Assembly: GCA_045112155.1 (NCBI GenBank)
Contig: JBGUHN010000043.1
Coordinates: 617-64,616, forward strand
Origin: Lachnospiraceae bacterium
Lineage (GTDB): Bacteria > Bacillota > Clostridia > Lachnospirales > Lachnospiraceae
DNA length: 64,000 nucleotides
Reading direction: 5' to 3'
Shown: positions 53,827 through 63,427 of the stretch, in pieces
How the letters are laid out: each line of letters starts with the position of its first letter
Numbering within the stretch: position 1 is the stretch's first letter
The notes under the pieces: model-generated
The model's input: only the letters and a program-made list of their open reading frames with translations
What the model was told of the DNA's origin: nothing
Databases searched by the model: none
Made by a program: the position numbers and the translations under genes

Positions 53827-54609
53827 GTGGACTTGAATCGTGTTTTACATACCCTGAGAAAGAATAAGTTTCTCTTTGAAGAACTGGTAATCAGGGACTT
53901 TAAACAAAAATATAAAAGAACAGCTCTCGGTATGCTGTGGAGCATACTGAATCCTTTACTTACATTACTTGTAATGCGGCTTGTTTTTACAAACTTTTTC
54001 GGAAGGAATACACCTTACTATACTACATATCTTTTTGCAGGAAACTTGATGTTCTCATATTATAGAGAACAGACCTCCGGCGGGATGAATTCTTTGATGA
54101 TGAATGCCCATATATTCACAAAGATCAACATTCCTAAATATTTGTTCCTGCTGTCCAAAAGCATATCAGCAATAATTAATTTTGGCCTCACATTGATTGT
54201 TTTCTTTTTCTTTGTGGCTATCGACGGTGTCCCGCCTCACTGGACCATGCTGGCAATTGTTTATCCGATTATAACATTAACAATGTTTAACGTCGGAGTA
54301 GGCATGGTTCTTTCGGCGTTATATGTATTTTTCAGAGATATATCATATATCTATGACATTTTTACACTTTTGTTGATGTACATGTCAGCCATATTCTACA
54401 AGGTCGATGATTTTCCGGTATGGATTCAGAGGGTATTTCTGATAAATCCTATATATGCCAATATCAAGTATGTGAGGGTGGCAGTAATCGACGGTAACCT
54501 TCCCTCTGTATCTTATCATCTTCTCTTGCTTCTCTATGGATCAATTGCCCTGGGCATTGGTGCGTGGATTTATAAGAAGTATAACCATCAGTTTTTATAT
54601 TATGTCTGA
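53827..54609 (+). CDS. ABC-2-type polysaccharide/teichoic-acid export permease (Wzm/TagG-like)
   Basis: 260 aa with six hydrophobic segments. 'FKQKYKRTALGMLWSILNPLL' N-terminal signature. GTG start after GCGGAG. Confidence 0.75.
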   Translation: MDLNRVLHTLRKNKFLFEELVIRDFKQKYKRTALGMLWSILNPLLTLLVMRLVFTNFFGRNTPYYTTYLFAGNLMFSYYREQTSGGMNSLMMNAHIFTKINIPKYLFLLSKSISAIINFGLTLIVFFFFVAIDGVPPHWTMLAIVYPIITLTMFNVGVGMVLSALYVFFRDISYIYDIFTLLLMYMSAIFYKVDDFPVWIQRVFLINPIYANIKYVRVAVIDGNLPSVSYHLLLLLYGSIALGIGAWIYKKYNHQFLYYV

Positions 54610-54623
54610 AGGATAAATGCTCT

Positions 54624-55547
54624 ATGACAACAGCGATTAAAGCGGATCATGTATCTATAAGATACATGAAGGGCGATTTTAAAGATATAGGTTTAAAAGA
54701 ATATGTCCTTAGAAAACTGACACATAAGTATAAAGTGGTAGAGTTCTGGGCAGATAAGGACGTTTCTTTTTCTATAAACCAAGGGGATATGCTTGGTATT
54801 ATTGGCTCGAATGGTGCAGGAAAGTCCACGCTGCTTAAGGCTATTTCAGGAATTATGGTGCCTACAGAAGGTAATATTTCTGTCAAGGGAAATATTGCGG
54901 CTTTATTAGAGCTGTCCTCCGGTTTTGACAGCGACTTGACGGTCAAAGAGAATGCATATCTGCGCGGTGCTATGCTTGGCTATACGCGGGAATTCATGAA
55001 CCAGAAGTACGAAGAAATAATTCACTTTGCAGAGCTGGAGGATTTTCAGGACCATCGGTTTAAACAGCTCTCAAGTGGAATGAAATCGCGACTTGCATTC
55101 TCGATTGCATGTCTTGTTGAGCCTGACATCTTGATTCTTGATGAAGTGCTAAGTGTAGGTGACGGAGCGTTCCGAAAGAAATCGGAAGGCAAAATGAAAG
55201 AAATTCTGGCTGGAGGAGTAACTGGTATTCTTGTTTCCCACAGTATTGAGCAGGTACGTACAATGTGCAACAAGATTTTGTGGCTCGACCATGGTAAACA
55301 AGTATGCTTTTCAGATGAGCCAAAGATGATTTGTGATGCGTATGAAGAATTCCTGATAACGAAAAAGCTGCCGGCTGGTAAAGAGGAAATTGAGTTAAAT
55401 GCTGTGAAATTCCAGGAACGCTTAGCAAAGCAAAGAGAAAAAAAAGAAAAAACTGAACTTGAAAGATTGCTTGACATATTAAAGAAAAGTGATCGATATG
55501 CTGCAACTGAGGCTGCTAGAGAGTATTTAAAAGGCATTGAAAGCTGA
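54624..55547 (+). CDS. ABC transporter ATP-binding protein (Wzt/TagH-like)
   Basis: Walker A 'GSNGAGKST', signature 'LSSGMKSRL', Walker B 'ILILDE'. C-terminal extension. Confidence 0.85.
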   Translation: MTTAIKADHVSIRYMKGDFKDIGLKEYVLRKLTHKYKVVEFWADKDVSFSINQGDMLGIIGSNGAGKSTLLKAISGIMVPTEGNISVKGNIAALLELSSGFDSDLTVKENAYLRGAMLGYTREFMNQKYEEIIHFAELEDFQDHRFKQLSSGMKSRLAFSIACLVEPDILILDEVLSVGDGAFRKKSEGKMKEILAGGVTGILVSHSIEQVRTMCNKILWLDHGKQVCFSDEPKMICDAYEEFLITKKLPAGKEEIELNAVKFQERLAKQREKKEKTELERLLDILKKSDRYAATEAAREYLKGIES

Positions 55548-55603
55548 AATTTGTAGTACATGGAAGAATGACTAGTTGTAATAATGTGAATATGGGAGAG
55601 ATT

Positions 55604-56647
55604 ATGAAAGATGAAAATCCCATAAAAGTCTCAGTTATTATACCCGTATACAACACCGAAAAATATCTGAGAGAATGTCTAGATAGTATAGTAAATCAGA
55701 CACTAAGGGAAATAGAAATAATCTGTGTAGATGATGGATCGACGGATGGGTCATTAGAGATTCTGCGGGAATATGAACATAAGGATTCTCGCATAAGGGT
55801 ATTTACTCAACCGAATAATAATGCCGGTGCAGCCAGAAACAATGGGTTCAGGTATGCTGTCGGAGAATATTTGTCATTCCTAGATTCGGATGATTATTTT
55901 GAACCACAGATGCTGGAAATGGCATATTTAAAGGCGAAGAATCAAAGTGCTGAGATCGTCGTTTTCCGATCAAATAGTTTTGACATGGACAGCAATTCCT
56001 ACAAGGAACTAGGATATACGATACGAAGAGCCAATCTTCCCGAACACGAGCCTTTCGCAGGAATAGAAGTAAAGAAGGACTTTTTCCAAACCTTTGTTGG
56101 CTGGGCATGGGATAAAATCTTTTTGAGAGAGTATATCGAGGAGAAGAACTTAAGATTTCAGGAACAGCGAACGACAAATGACATGTTTTTTACGTTCATG
56201 GCAATGGTTGAAGCAAATCGTATTGCAACGATAGAAGATGTTCTTGCGCATCATCGCACAAACGTAAGGACATCTTTGGAAGCAACAAGAACAAAATCGT
56301 GGGACTGCTTTTACTATGCTTTGCTCGCTTTACGGAAGGGGCTTATAGATGCGGGTTTATTCAGCCATTTCGAGAAAGATTTTATTAATTATAGCCTTCA
56401 TTTTTCTCTTTGGAATCTCAATAGGATGAAGGAACCTGAGCGAGAAGAGCTCTTTAATAAGTTGAAAAATGTATGGTTTGAAGAATTAGGAGTGTCAGAG
56501 TACCCTAAAAAAAATCTATATCATTGGAACGAAAAACTTCAATATAAACTTATTATGAGACTTCCTTATAATGGGGTGGAAAAGATGGTATACATATTTG
56601 TACAGTTTGGAAAAGACAACATTAAGAAGGCTTTTAAGAAAACTTAG
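55604..56647 (+). CDS. GT2-family glycosyltransferase
   Basis: 'VSVIIPVYNTEKYLRECLDSIVNQTLREIEIICVDDGSTDGS' and 'LDSDD'. ATG at 55604 after GGGAGAG. Confidence 0.8.
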   Translation: MKDENPIKVSVIIPVYNTEKYLRECLDSIVNQTLREIEIICVDDGSTDGSLEILREYEHKDSRIRVFTQPNNNAGAARNNGFRYAVGEYLSFLDSDDYFEPQMLEMAYLKAKNQSAEIVVFRSNSFDMDSNSYKELGYTIRRANLPEHEPFAGIEVKKDFFQTFVGWAWDKIFLREYIEEKNLRFQEQRTTNDMFFTFMAMVEANRIATIEDVLAHHRTNVRTSLEATRTKSWDCFYYALLALRKGLIDAGLFSHFEKDFINYSLHFSLWNLNRMKEPEREELFNKLKNVWFEELGVSEYPKKNLYHWNEKLQYKLIMRLPYNGVEKMVYIFVQFGKDNIKKAFKKT

Positions 56648-56715
56648 ATCTTGGATATAGTATTTGAGCTATTAGGCGTTTTGTTACACGTTATAAATAA
56701 TTAGAGGATGTAGAT

Positions 56716-57759
56716 ATGAAAAAAATGATCAAAGGAACTATAAGATACATAGTTGGAAAATCTGCAAAGACCCGAGAAATAATTACACGCTTAAATGACG
56801 TGGTTTTAGAGCATTATGATGATATTCCAAGTAGACAAAAAAGAAAATCTGAAGAGCTGTTTTCAAAAAAAGCTACATTTACTGGTTCAAGTATTGATAA
56901 TCTAAATTGTAGAATATTGACAAAAGAAGAGAGAGCCAATGAACTAAAGCAACTGTTTTACCGGAACTGTAATTACTATTTAAATCTGGAAAATCCAAAA
57001 ACGTTCAATCAAAAAATTCAGTGGCTAAAGCTTAATTGGTATGACGAAGATTTAAGTCGTGCAGTAGATAAGGCCGAATTCAAAAATTATATTGCGGAGA
57101 AAATAGGAGACGGATTTACGGTCCCTCTTTTTGGCGTATGGGAAAAAGAAAGTGAGATAGATTTTGATACTCTGCCGAATAGCTTTGTCTTGAAGTCAAC
57201 TGTACAGAGCGATGGACGACATATTATTGTGGTACATGACAAATCGTTAATCGATCGCGATAGATTGCTTACAACCTTGAGTTCATGGCTGCTTCCCAGA
57301 AATAATCTGTGCAGTTCCTATTGTGTTGCTTATTCAAAAGTTAAACCAAGAATAATAGCAGAGCAGTTTATTGAGGGCTTTGATGATTCGTTGACGGATT
57401 ATAAGTTCATGTGCTTCAATGGCAAGGTTGAGATGTTATTTGTTGTTTCTGATCGAAAGAAAAAGATGTCAATTAATTTTTATGATTTAGATTGGAATTT
57501 ATTACCTTTTACACGTAAGTATCCAAATACAAAACATCCAGTAAAAAAACCAAAAAACTTTGACAAAATGGTCGAAATTGCTAAAGAGCTTTCAAAGCCG
57601 TTTCCTTTTGTTCGTGTCGATTTTTATGAATCTGCGGAAGGCAAACTTTATGTTGGAGAGTTAACTTTTTATCCGGGAGGAGGATATGAGACTTTTCAAC
57701 CGATGGAGTGGGATTATAAATTAGGAGACATGTTACATCTTCCTGAGGCAAATATATAA
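56716..57759 (+). CDS. TupA-like ATP-grasp fold amidoligase, paralog 1
   Basis: 'FNQKIQWLKL', 'LPNSFVLKST', 'DYKFMCFNGK', 'FPFVRVDFYE..LYVGELTFYPGGG'. Confidence 0.7.
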   Translation: MKKMIKGTIRYIVGKSAKTREIITRLNDVVLEHYDDIPSRQKRKSEELFSKKATFTGSSIDNLNCRILTKEERANELKQLFYRNCNYYLNLENPKTFNQKIQWLKLNWYDEDLSRAVDKAEFKNYIAEKIGDGFTVPLFGVWEKESEIDFDTLPNSFVLKSTVQSDGRHIIVVHDKSLIDRDRLLTTLSSWLLPRNNLCSSYCVAYSKVKPRIIAEQFIEGFDDSLTDYKFMCFNGKVEMLFVVSDRKKKMSINFYDLDWNLLPFTRKYPNTKHPVKKPKNFDKMVEIAKELSKPFPFVRVDFYESAEGKLYVGELTFYPGGGYETFQPMEWDYKLGDMLHLPEANI

Positions 57760-57783
57760 TTATCAAGGATTAGGGTGGAAATA

Positions 57784-58788
57784 ATGATAAAAAAGGTTAA
57801 GAGAATTGCAAAGAAATTACCTGTGGTGGAAAAACTGTATAGAAGGGTAAAAAATAAAACTGTTGATGGTGATGTATTGTACCCGAGCGTTCAAGATATT
57901 CAATATAATAAACGTATTCATAACTATATGCTTTCGACCCATCTAGGCGAACCGATAAATCGTTGGGTCATAGAACAGATGTCTTATCGGGTTACCGGAA
58001 GGTTTCCGAATCTCGATAATCCCACAGGATTTAACGAAAAAATGCAGTGGATGCGACTGCATTATCATGACCCTTTAATGACAAGATGCGTTGATAAATG
58101 CAGCTTTAAAGATTATATCCGAGAAGTTGTTGGTGAGAAATATGTCGTTCCGCTCTATGGCGCATGGAATAATGTCAACGAAATAGACTTTGAATCTCTT
58201 CCAGAGGCATTTGTTCTTAAATCAACTTGGGGTTGGGGAGACCTTCAAAATATTATAGTCAAAAAGAAAGAAAAGCTAGATATAAATCGTGCAAAAGCGA
58301 TGATGGCAGAATGGCTTATGCCATGGAATAATTATTACTATCAGTCATTCGAATGGGATAGTAAAGATATCCCGCCACGCATTATAGCAGAAAAGTTGCT
58401 GCAACCTTCTAATGGGGAGATTGTAGATTATAAGTTTTATTGCTTTAATGGAATCTGCAAGTATTTCCTTGTGTGTAAGGACAGAAAGACTGAAACAAAG
58501 TACATTAACTATGACCTGAATTTTAATTGTTTAAAATTGTCGCCTAATAGTTATGTTACAAAAGAAGCTTTTCACGCGCCTGACAATTATTCAGAAATGC
58601 TGTCGTTAGCTGAAAAGCTGGCAAAGCCATTTCCTCTGGTACGTGTTGATTTTTATGATGTCGATGGAAAGATATACGTAGGAGAGATGACATTCTCGCC
58701 AGGTGGGGGATTTAATACATATTATAATGAGTGGGATGAGAAACTTGGATCATATTTAACTCTTCCAGAGGCTAATGTCCCGGAATAA
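57784..58788 (+). CDS. TupA-like ATP-grasp fold amidoligase, paralog 2
   Basis: 'FNEKMQWMRL', 'LPEAFVLKST', 'DYKFYCFNG', 'FPLVRVDFYD..IYVGEMTFSPGGG'. The ORF opens at GTG 57775. Confidence 0.7.
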   Translation: MIKKVKRIAKKLPVVEKLYRRVKNKTVDGDVLYPSVQDIQYNKRIHNYMLSTHLGEPINRWVIEQMSYRVTGRFPNLDNPTGFNEKMQWMRLHYHDPLMTRCVDKCSFKDYIREVVGEKYVVPLYGAWNNVNEIDFESLPEAFVLKSTWGWGDLQNIIVKKKEKLDINRAKAMMAEWLMPWNNYYYQSFEWDSKDIPPRIIAEKLLQPSNGEIVDYKFYCFNGICKYFLVCKDRKTETKYINYDLNFNCLKLSPNSYVTKEAFHAPDNYSEMLSLAEKLAKPFPLVRVDFYDVDGKIYVGEMTFSPGGGFNTYYNEWDEKLGSYLTLPEANVPE

Positions 58789-58823
58789 TAAATAGTTGCT
58801 TTTATGAAGCAAAGGGAATCTTG

Positions 58824-60128
58824 ATGAATCATGCAAACAATATATTAAAAAAGTCTTTGATTATGGTTACCATACTTCTGTGTTTGCCTATAATAGTGTG
58901 GGCTTTCGTGAGTGTCAGGAAGACAATCTCTGAAGATGCATCTTCTTCCGTAGTCTCTGAAGATGAAATATATAGATACGAAAAAGGAAAGCCTGCTTTT
59001 GGAGAATGGACAAGAGCTTCTAGTGATTGTGCACTTCCGCGGTATAGAAAAACGGGTAATGGTTTTTTTGAGCAAATTAAACCTACAACATCAAACACTG
59101 CAAGAATAATGTGCGCCGGTGATATGATGTGCGAGCCGGTTATGTCAAAGGCTGTTTTTAAGAATAACAAGTTTTTCTTCGAAGCATGCTTTGACAAAGC
59201 AAAAAAAGTATTTGAAGCATCTGATTTTGCCATTGCGAATTTGGAAACGTCAGTCGACCAAGATTCTCCTTATGCAATTGATAAACATGTATTAACCGAT
59301 CGATATCATTGTAACGCTCCGTTAGAGTATCTTGATGCAGTTCGTTGGGGTGGAATAGATGCCGTAACAATGGCGAATAATCATACCTGTGATACAGGCG
59401 TATCTGGTTTGCTTCACACAATTCAGAACGTAGAAGGTCGTGACCTTATCCATACAGGCGCATTCACTTCTCCGCAAGATAAGCATTATTTTATTGTTGA
59501 CATCAACGGAATTAAAGTCGCGTTTTTTTCATACACGCAACATATTAACAGCCGGCTTGATGAGAAGTGCTTTACGCCGGAAGGTCGACAAGTAATGCTT
59601 AGCTTGTATTCAAAGGAAAGATTAGAAAGTGATCTAAAAGCTGCTAGGGCTGATGGTGCGGAGTTTACGATAGTTTATATACATTTTTGGTGCAAGGACT
59701 ATACACATGAAGTCCAAGACAGCCAAAAAGCTTGCGCAAGAGAGATAGCAGAGGCTGGTATTGATTGCATTGTTGGTGGGCACCCTCATGCTGTCCAGCC
59801 TTATGACGAGATTGTCACTTCTGCTGGTAAACGTGTTCCTATTTGCTACTGTCTTGGTAATTTCATTACGAGCGATGTTAACAAGACCACGAGAACTAAT
59901 TATATTTACGAATTATTTCTTGAAAAAGATTCGTCTGGCCTCGTTCGTATTACACAAGAAAAGGTAATTCCTTGCAGTGTAGTTGAATTCCCTGAGAAAA
60001 GCGGCTATGTTGTATTCCCGACACCCAAAAACTGGCGAGACGGACAGGAGAATGCAGCGCTTCAGAAAGCAGAAGATTATATAAAAGAATACTTGGGTGA
60101 TAAAATCGAGATCGATTATAATGAATGA
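58824..60128 (+). CDS. CapA/PGA_cap-family metallophosphoesterase-like protein
   Basis: N-terminal TM. 'MCAGDMM', 'NLETSV', 'MANNHTCDTG', 'GGHPHAVQP'. Confidence 0.7.
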   Translation: MNHANNILKKSLIMVTILLCLPIIVWAFVSVRKTISEDASSSVVSEDEIYRYEKGKPAFGEWTRASSDCALPRYRKTGNGFFEQIKPTTSNTARIMCAGDMMCEPVMSKAVFKNNKFFFEACFDKAKKVFEASDFAIANLETSVDQDSPYAIDKHVLTDRYHCNAPLEYLDAVRWGGIDAVTMANNHTCDTGVSGLLHTIQNVEGRDLIHTGAFTSPQDKHYFIVDINGIKVAFFSYTQHINSRLDEKCFTPEGRQVMLSLYSKERLESDLKAARADGAEFTIVYIHFWCKDYTHEVQDSQKACAREIAEAGIDCIVGGHPHAVQPYDEIVTSAGKRVPICYCLGNFITSDVNKTTRTNYIYELFLEKDSSGLVRITQEKVIPCSVVEFPEKSGYVVFPTPKNWRDGQENAALQKAEDYIKEYLGDKIEIDYNE

Positions 60129-60258
60129 TAATTGTTTATCGCGTTAATGTTGAGGGAGTTGTATTTAACCTTCCATTCAGTTATCCTTATATGATTGTGA
60201 GGATGGGATAAATACCACTCCTTATATATTTTCCACATTATCATTAGGGGAAATGGTT

Positions 60259-61341
60259 ATGCCAAACAGTTCAAATAGAAATGCTCTGGATTTTTTAAAG
60301 TTTGTATTTTCTGTTGTCATCGTTTTATTTCATTCTCGAATGCTGACAGCAGACCAATCAGAATGGATTGTTATCAATGGACGAGCAGGTGTTGAATTTT
60401 TCTTTATTGTTTCCGGATGTTTGATGTGCGCATCATCTGACAGAAGAAGCAGCAGCGGCAATATCGGTTTCGATACATTCATTTTTATGCGGAATAAGAT
60501 ATGTCGTTTGATGCCAAATTTTCTAGTTGCATATATCATTTCGTTTATTGTTTACCACTACAACGCAGGAATAGGAAACTGGAGAGTGATAGTGACTAAT
60601 GCAGCAAAAGCTTTGCCAGAAATTCTGTTTATCAAGAACAGTGGAATCAGATTTGCAAGCTATAATGGACCTACTTGGTACATTTCTGCGATGCTTTTGA
60701 GTATGTTGGTATTATATCCATTCTTGCGAAAAATGGGTGATAGCTTTTATGTGCTTGCTACAGTAATAATGCTTTTCATCTTAGGATATTTTTTTCAAAC
60801 TTTCGGAACACTATCAGATCTTGAAAACTGGAATGGTTGGATATTAAAAGGAACGTTACGTGCTATGTCGGGCTTATGTGCTGGCTGCCTATGTTATAAA
60901 GGAAGCATTGTACTTGGGAGACATAGATGTACTGTATTTGGAAAAGCGGTTTTCACTGTGATTGAATGGGGAGGATATATTTTAGCCATTATCCTCTGCT
61001 GTTCCTTTTTCTCATCTGTATGTGATTACCTGATTTTTCTTCTGTTTATGATTAGTGTCACCATCACTTATGCAAATATTAGCTTTGATGATATCATCTT
61101 CCACGCCCACTTTTTTCATTGGCTCGGAATATATAGCTATTCCCTCTATCTTGGTCATTCCTGTTGGAGGGAATTCACAAGTAATATATATCCAATAGGG
61201 TGGAGTTTTAGACGGCGGGTAATCTGTTATTTGGTTATTTCTGTCTGGAATGGCCTGCTAATACATTATCTTTCTGTTTTTTTAAGAGAACTGGGACGGA
61301 TGAAGGGAAAGTCTCTTATGAAAATATTTTTCGTGCAATAA
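60259..61341 (+). CDS. Acyltransferase family 3 (OafA-like O-acyltransferase) membrane protein
   Basis: 'NRNALDFLKFVFSVVIVLFHS' plus about 10 TMs. The second ATG is preferred on RBS spacing. Confidence 0.75.
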   Translation: MPNSSNRNALDFLKFVFSVVIVLFHSRMLTADQSEWIVINGRAGVEFFFIVSGCLMCASSDRRSSSGNIGFDTFIFMRNKICRLMPNFLVAYIISFIVYHYNAGIGNWRVIVTNAAKALPEILFIKNSGIRFASYNGPTWYISAMLLSMLVLYPFLRKMGDSFYVLATVIMLFILGYFFQTFGTLSDLENWNGWILKGTLRAMSGLCAGCLCYKGSIVLGRHRCTVFGKAVFTVIEWGGYILAIILCCSFFSSVCDYLIFLLFMISVTITYANISFDDIIFHAHFFHWLGIYSYSLYLGHSCWREFTSNIYPIGWSFRRRVICYLVISVWNGLLIHYLSVFLRELGRMKGKSLMKIFFVQ

Positions 61342-61392
61342 GGCAACATCAATAAAAATGCTTATAATGATTTTGAATGAGGAGATATAATC

Positions 61393-62367
61393 ATGAATAC
61401 AGTTGGCTTTCTTATTAGTCACAAGAACAATGAAAAGCGGAGAGCTTTGATGCCATGTGATCTTGAAAAAATTCAACATTTGGATAACTTGATATTTGAA
61501 AATCGCTATGGAGAGTCTTTGGGTATATCTGAAGAAGAATATCTTGAGAAAGGAGTCAAATTTGCCTCCAGAGCCGAGGTCCTCAAAGCGGATGTACTTG
61601 TTGATGTTAAACTTGGCGATGCCGATTATCTCAATCAGATAAAGCCAGGAACGATATTATGTGGTTGGGCACACTCTGTGCAAAATATTGAGTTCACGAG
61701 CGAAACGCTTCGTTCAGGTCACACTGTTATAGCATGGGAGAATATCTTTGAAGATGGTCGCTATATTTTTTATAGAAATCGTGAAGTAGCTGGAGAGGCT
61801 GCGGTGATCCATGCGTTTAGATATTGTGGAAAAATGCCCTACGATGCTAAGGTAGCCATAATAGGAAATGGTCAGACAGCAAAGGGAGCATTACGTGTAC
61901 TTCATGGATTAGGTGCAAGCGTAGATGTTTACCCAAGAAAATTTGAAAAACTATTCATAAAAAAGATGTATGAATATGATGTGTTAATAAACTGCGTGAT
62001 GTGGGATACAGATAGAAAGGATAGGATTATTTATAGAGAGGATTTGAAAAAGATGCGTCCGGGGACATTAATTATTGATGTCAGCTGTGATCCCCATTTG
62101 GAGATTGAGACATCACATCCTACGACTATTGATGATCCTGTGTATGTAGTTGATGGAATCATTCACTATGCCGTTGATAATACTCCAGCAATGTATCCAT
62201 ATACTGTTACTAAAACCTTAAGTCGTAGTTTTGCTCATTATGTAGATGCACTTGTTACCGGTGATTACCCAGACAACCTTGCTGCAGCAATAGATGTGGA
62301 GCAAGGCATAATAAAAAATGAAGCAATACGTCGTTTCCGTGAGGCAAGAGGAATCTTTTGTAGGTAA
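61393..62367 (+). CDS. N5-(carboxyethyl)ornithine synthase-like AlaDH/PNT-family dehydrogenase
   Basis: 324 aa. 'GFLISHKNNEKRRALMP' N-terminus. Rossmann 'VAIIGNGQTAKGALRVL'. Overall layout of the CEOS/alanine dehydrogenase family. GAGGAG RBS. Confidence 0.6.
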   Translation: MNTVGFLISHKNNEKRRALMPCDLEKIQHLDNLIFENRYGESLGISEEEYLEKGVKFASRAEVLKADVLVDVKLGDADYLNQIKPGTILCGWAHSVQNIEFTSETLRSGHTVIAWENIFEDGRYIFYRNREVAGEAAVIHAFRYCGKMPYDAKVAIIGNGQTAKGALRVLHGLGASVDVYPRKFEKLFIKKMYEYDVLINCVMWDTDRKDRIIYREDLKKMRPGTLIIDVSCDPHLEIETSHPTTIDDPVYVVDGIIHYAVDNTPAMYPYTVTKTLSRSFAHYVDALVTGDYPDNLAAAIDVEQGIIKNEAIRRFREARGIFCR

Positions 62368-62373
62368 GGCGTT

Positions 62374-63261
62374 ATGACAGCGAAGAAGATGATAAAACTC
62401 CTGAAGGACATCTTATGCAGAATTTCGCCCGAATTACTTAGTAAATATCAATTTAGGCGTATGCTCGGAAGGAAATTGAATTTGGCATGTCCATCTGGAT
62501 TAGATGCCAAAATCATGTGGCTTAAATTTAATACTTATAGGAATAATCCCTTAGTATCAAAGTGCTCGGATAAATATGCGGTGCGAGAGTATATCATATC
62601 TTGCGGCTATCCGGAAATTATAAATGATTTATATGGCGTTTGGGAAAAAGCGGAAGATATTGATTGGGAACAACTTCCAGAAGCATTTGTGCTTAAGTGC
62701 AATCACGGATGTGGCTATAATTGGATTTGCCCTGACAAAGGTGCAGCTGATAAAAATAAAGTGATGGATCAGTTAAAACAGTGGATGAGGGAAGACTACT
62801 GGTTGCAATTTGCTGAGCTTCAATATCGCGATATCCATAAGTTGATAATCTGTGAGAAGTATTTGGGAAAGCATTTGGTAGATTACAAGTTTTATTGCTT
62901 TAATGGCAAACCTTTATATGTCCTTACTTGTGTTGGACGTGAAGGTGGACTGCCAAGCCATATGCCAGATCATGAGAATCCAAAGTTTTTCTTCTTTGAT
63001 CGTGATTGGAATATGTGTAAGCTAACAAATGATAGTTTGTATTGTTCAACAGATTTATATATTCCGCGTCCTGAAAATTTGGATAGAATGTGGGAGATTG
63101 CAGAAAAACTTTGTGAACCTTTCCCTTTTGTAAGAGTGGACCTTTATGACGTAAATGGTCATGTTGTTTTTGGTGAGTTAACATTTACCCCCTCTGCTGC
63201 TTTGGATACTAGTCGCTTACCTGAGACAGATAAATATTTTGGAGAGCTGCTTACACTTTAA
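62374..63261 (+). CDS. TupA-like ATP-grasp fold amidoligase, paralog 3
   Basis: 'LDAKIMWLKF', 'LPEAFVLKCNHG', 'DYKFYCFNGK', 'FPFVRVDLYD..VVFGELTFTP'. Confidence 0.7.
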   Translation: MTAKKMIKLLKDILCRISPELLSKYQFRRMLGRKLNLACPSGLDAKIMWLKFNTYRNNPLVSKCSDKYAVREYIISCGYPEIINDLYGVWEKAEDIDWEQLPEAFVLKCNHGCGYNWICPDKGAADKNKVMDQLKQWMREDYWLQFAELQYRDIHKLIICEKYLGKHLVDYKFYCFNGKPLYVLTCVGREGGLPSHMPDHENPKFFFFDRDWNMCKLTNDSLYCSTDLYIPRPENLDRMWEIAEKLCEPFPFVRVDLYDVNGHVVFGELTFTPSAALDTSRLPETDKYFGELLTL

Positions 63262-63310
63262 TAGTGTGATAAATGATAAGGTTTTTCCTCAAATTGAAGA
63301 GTGATGTGAT

Positions 63311-63427
63311 ATGTCTTTTAATACTTTGGAGTTCATGCTTTTACTTGCAGTGACGACGAGCATGTACTTTCTACTACCATTTAAGCTACGCAATCCCTTA
63401 TTGTTGATCATTCCAGGAACGATATGA
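63311..63427 (+). pseudogene. Truncated MBOAT (DltB/AlgI-like) N-terminal remnant, 38 codons
   Basis: 'MSFNTLEFMLLLAVTTSMYFLLPFKLRNPLLL' matches the usual MBOAT N-terminus. A stop follows after 38 codons. Confidence 0.55.

Noticed and set aside
53800-63427. Calling the AT-rich cassette a mobile element, ICE or prophage remnant
   Set aside because: It has no integrase, transposase, tRNA target, att-like direct repeats or phage genes. The content is entirely polysaccharide biosynthesis, so it is treated as a recombination-exchanged locus segment.
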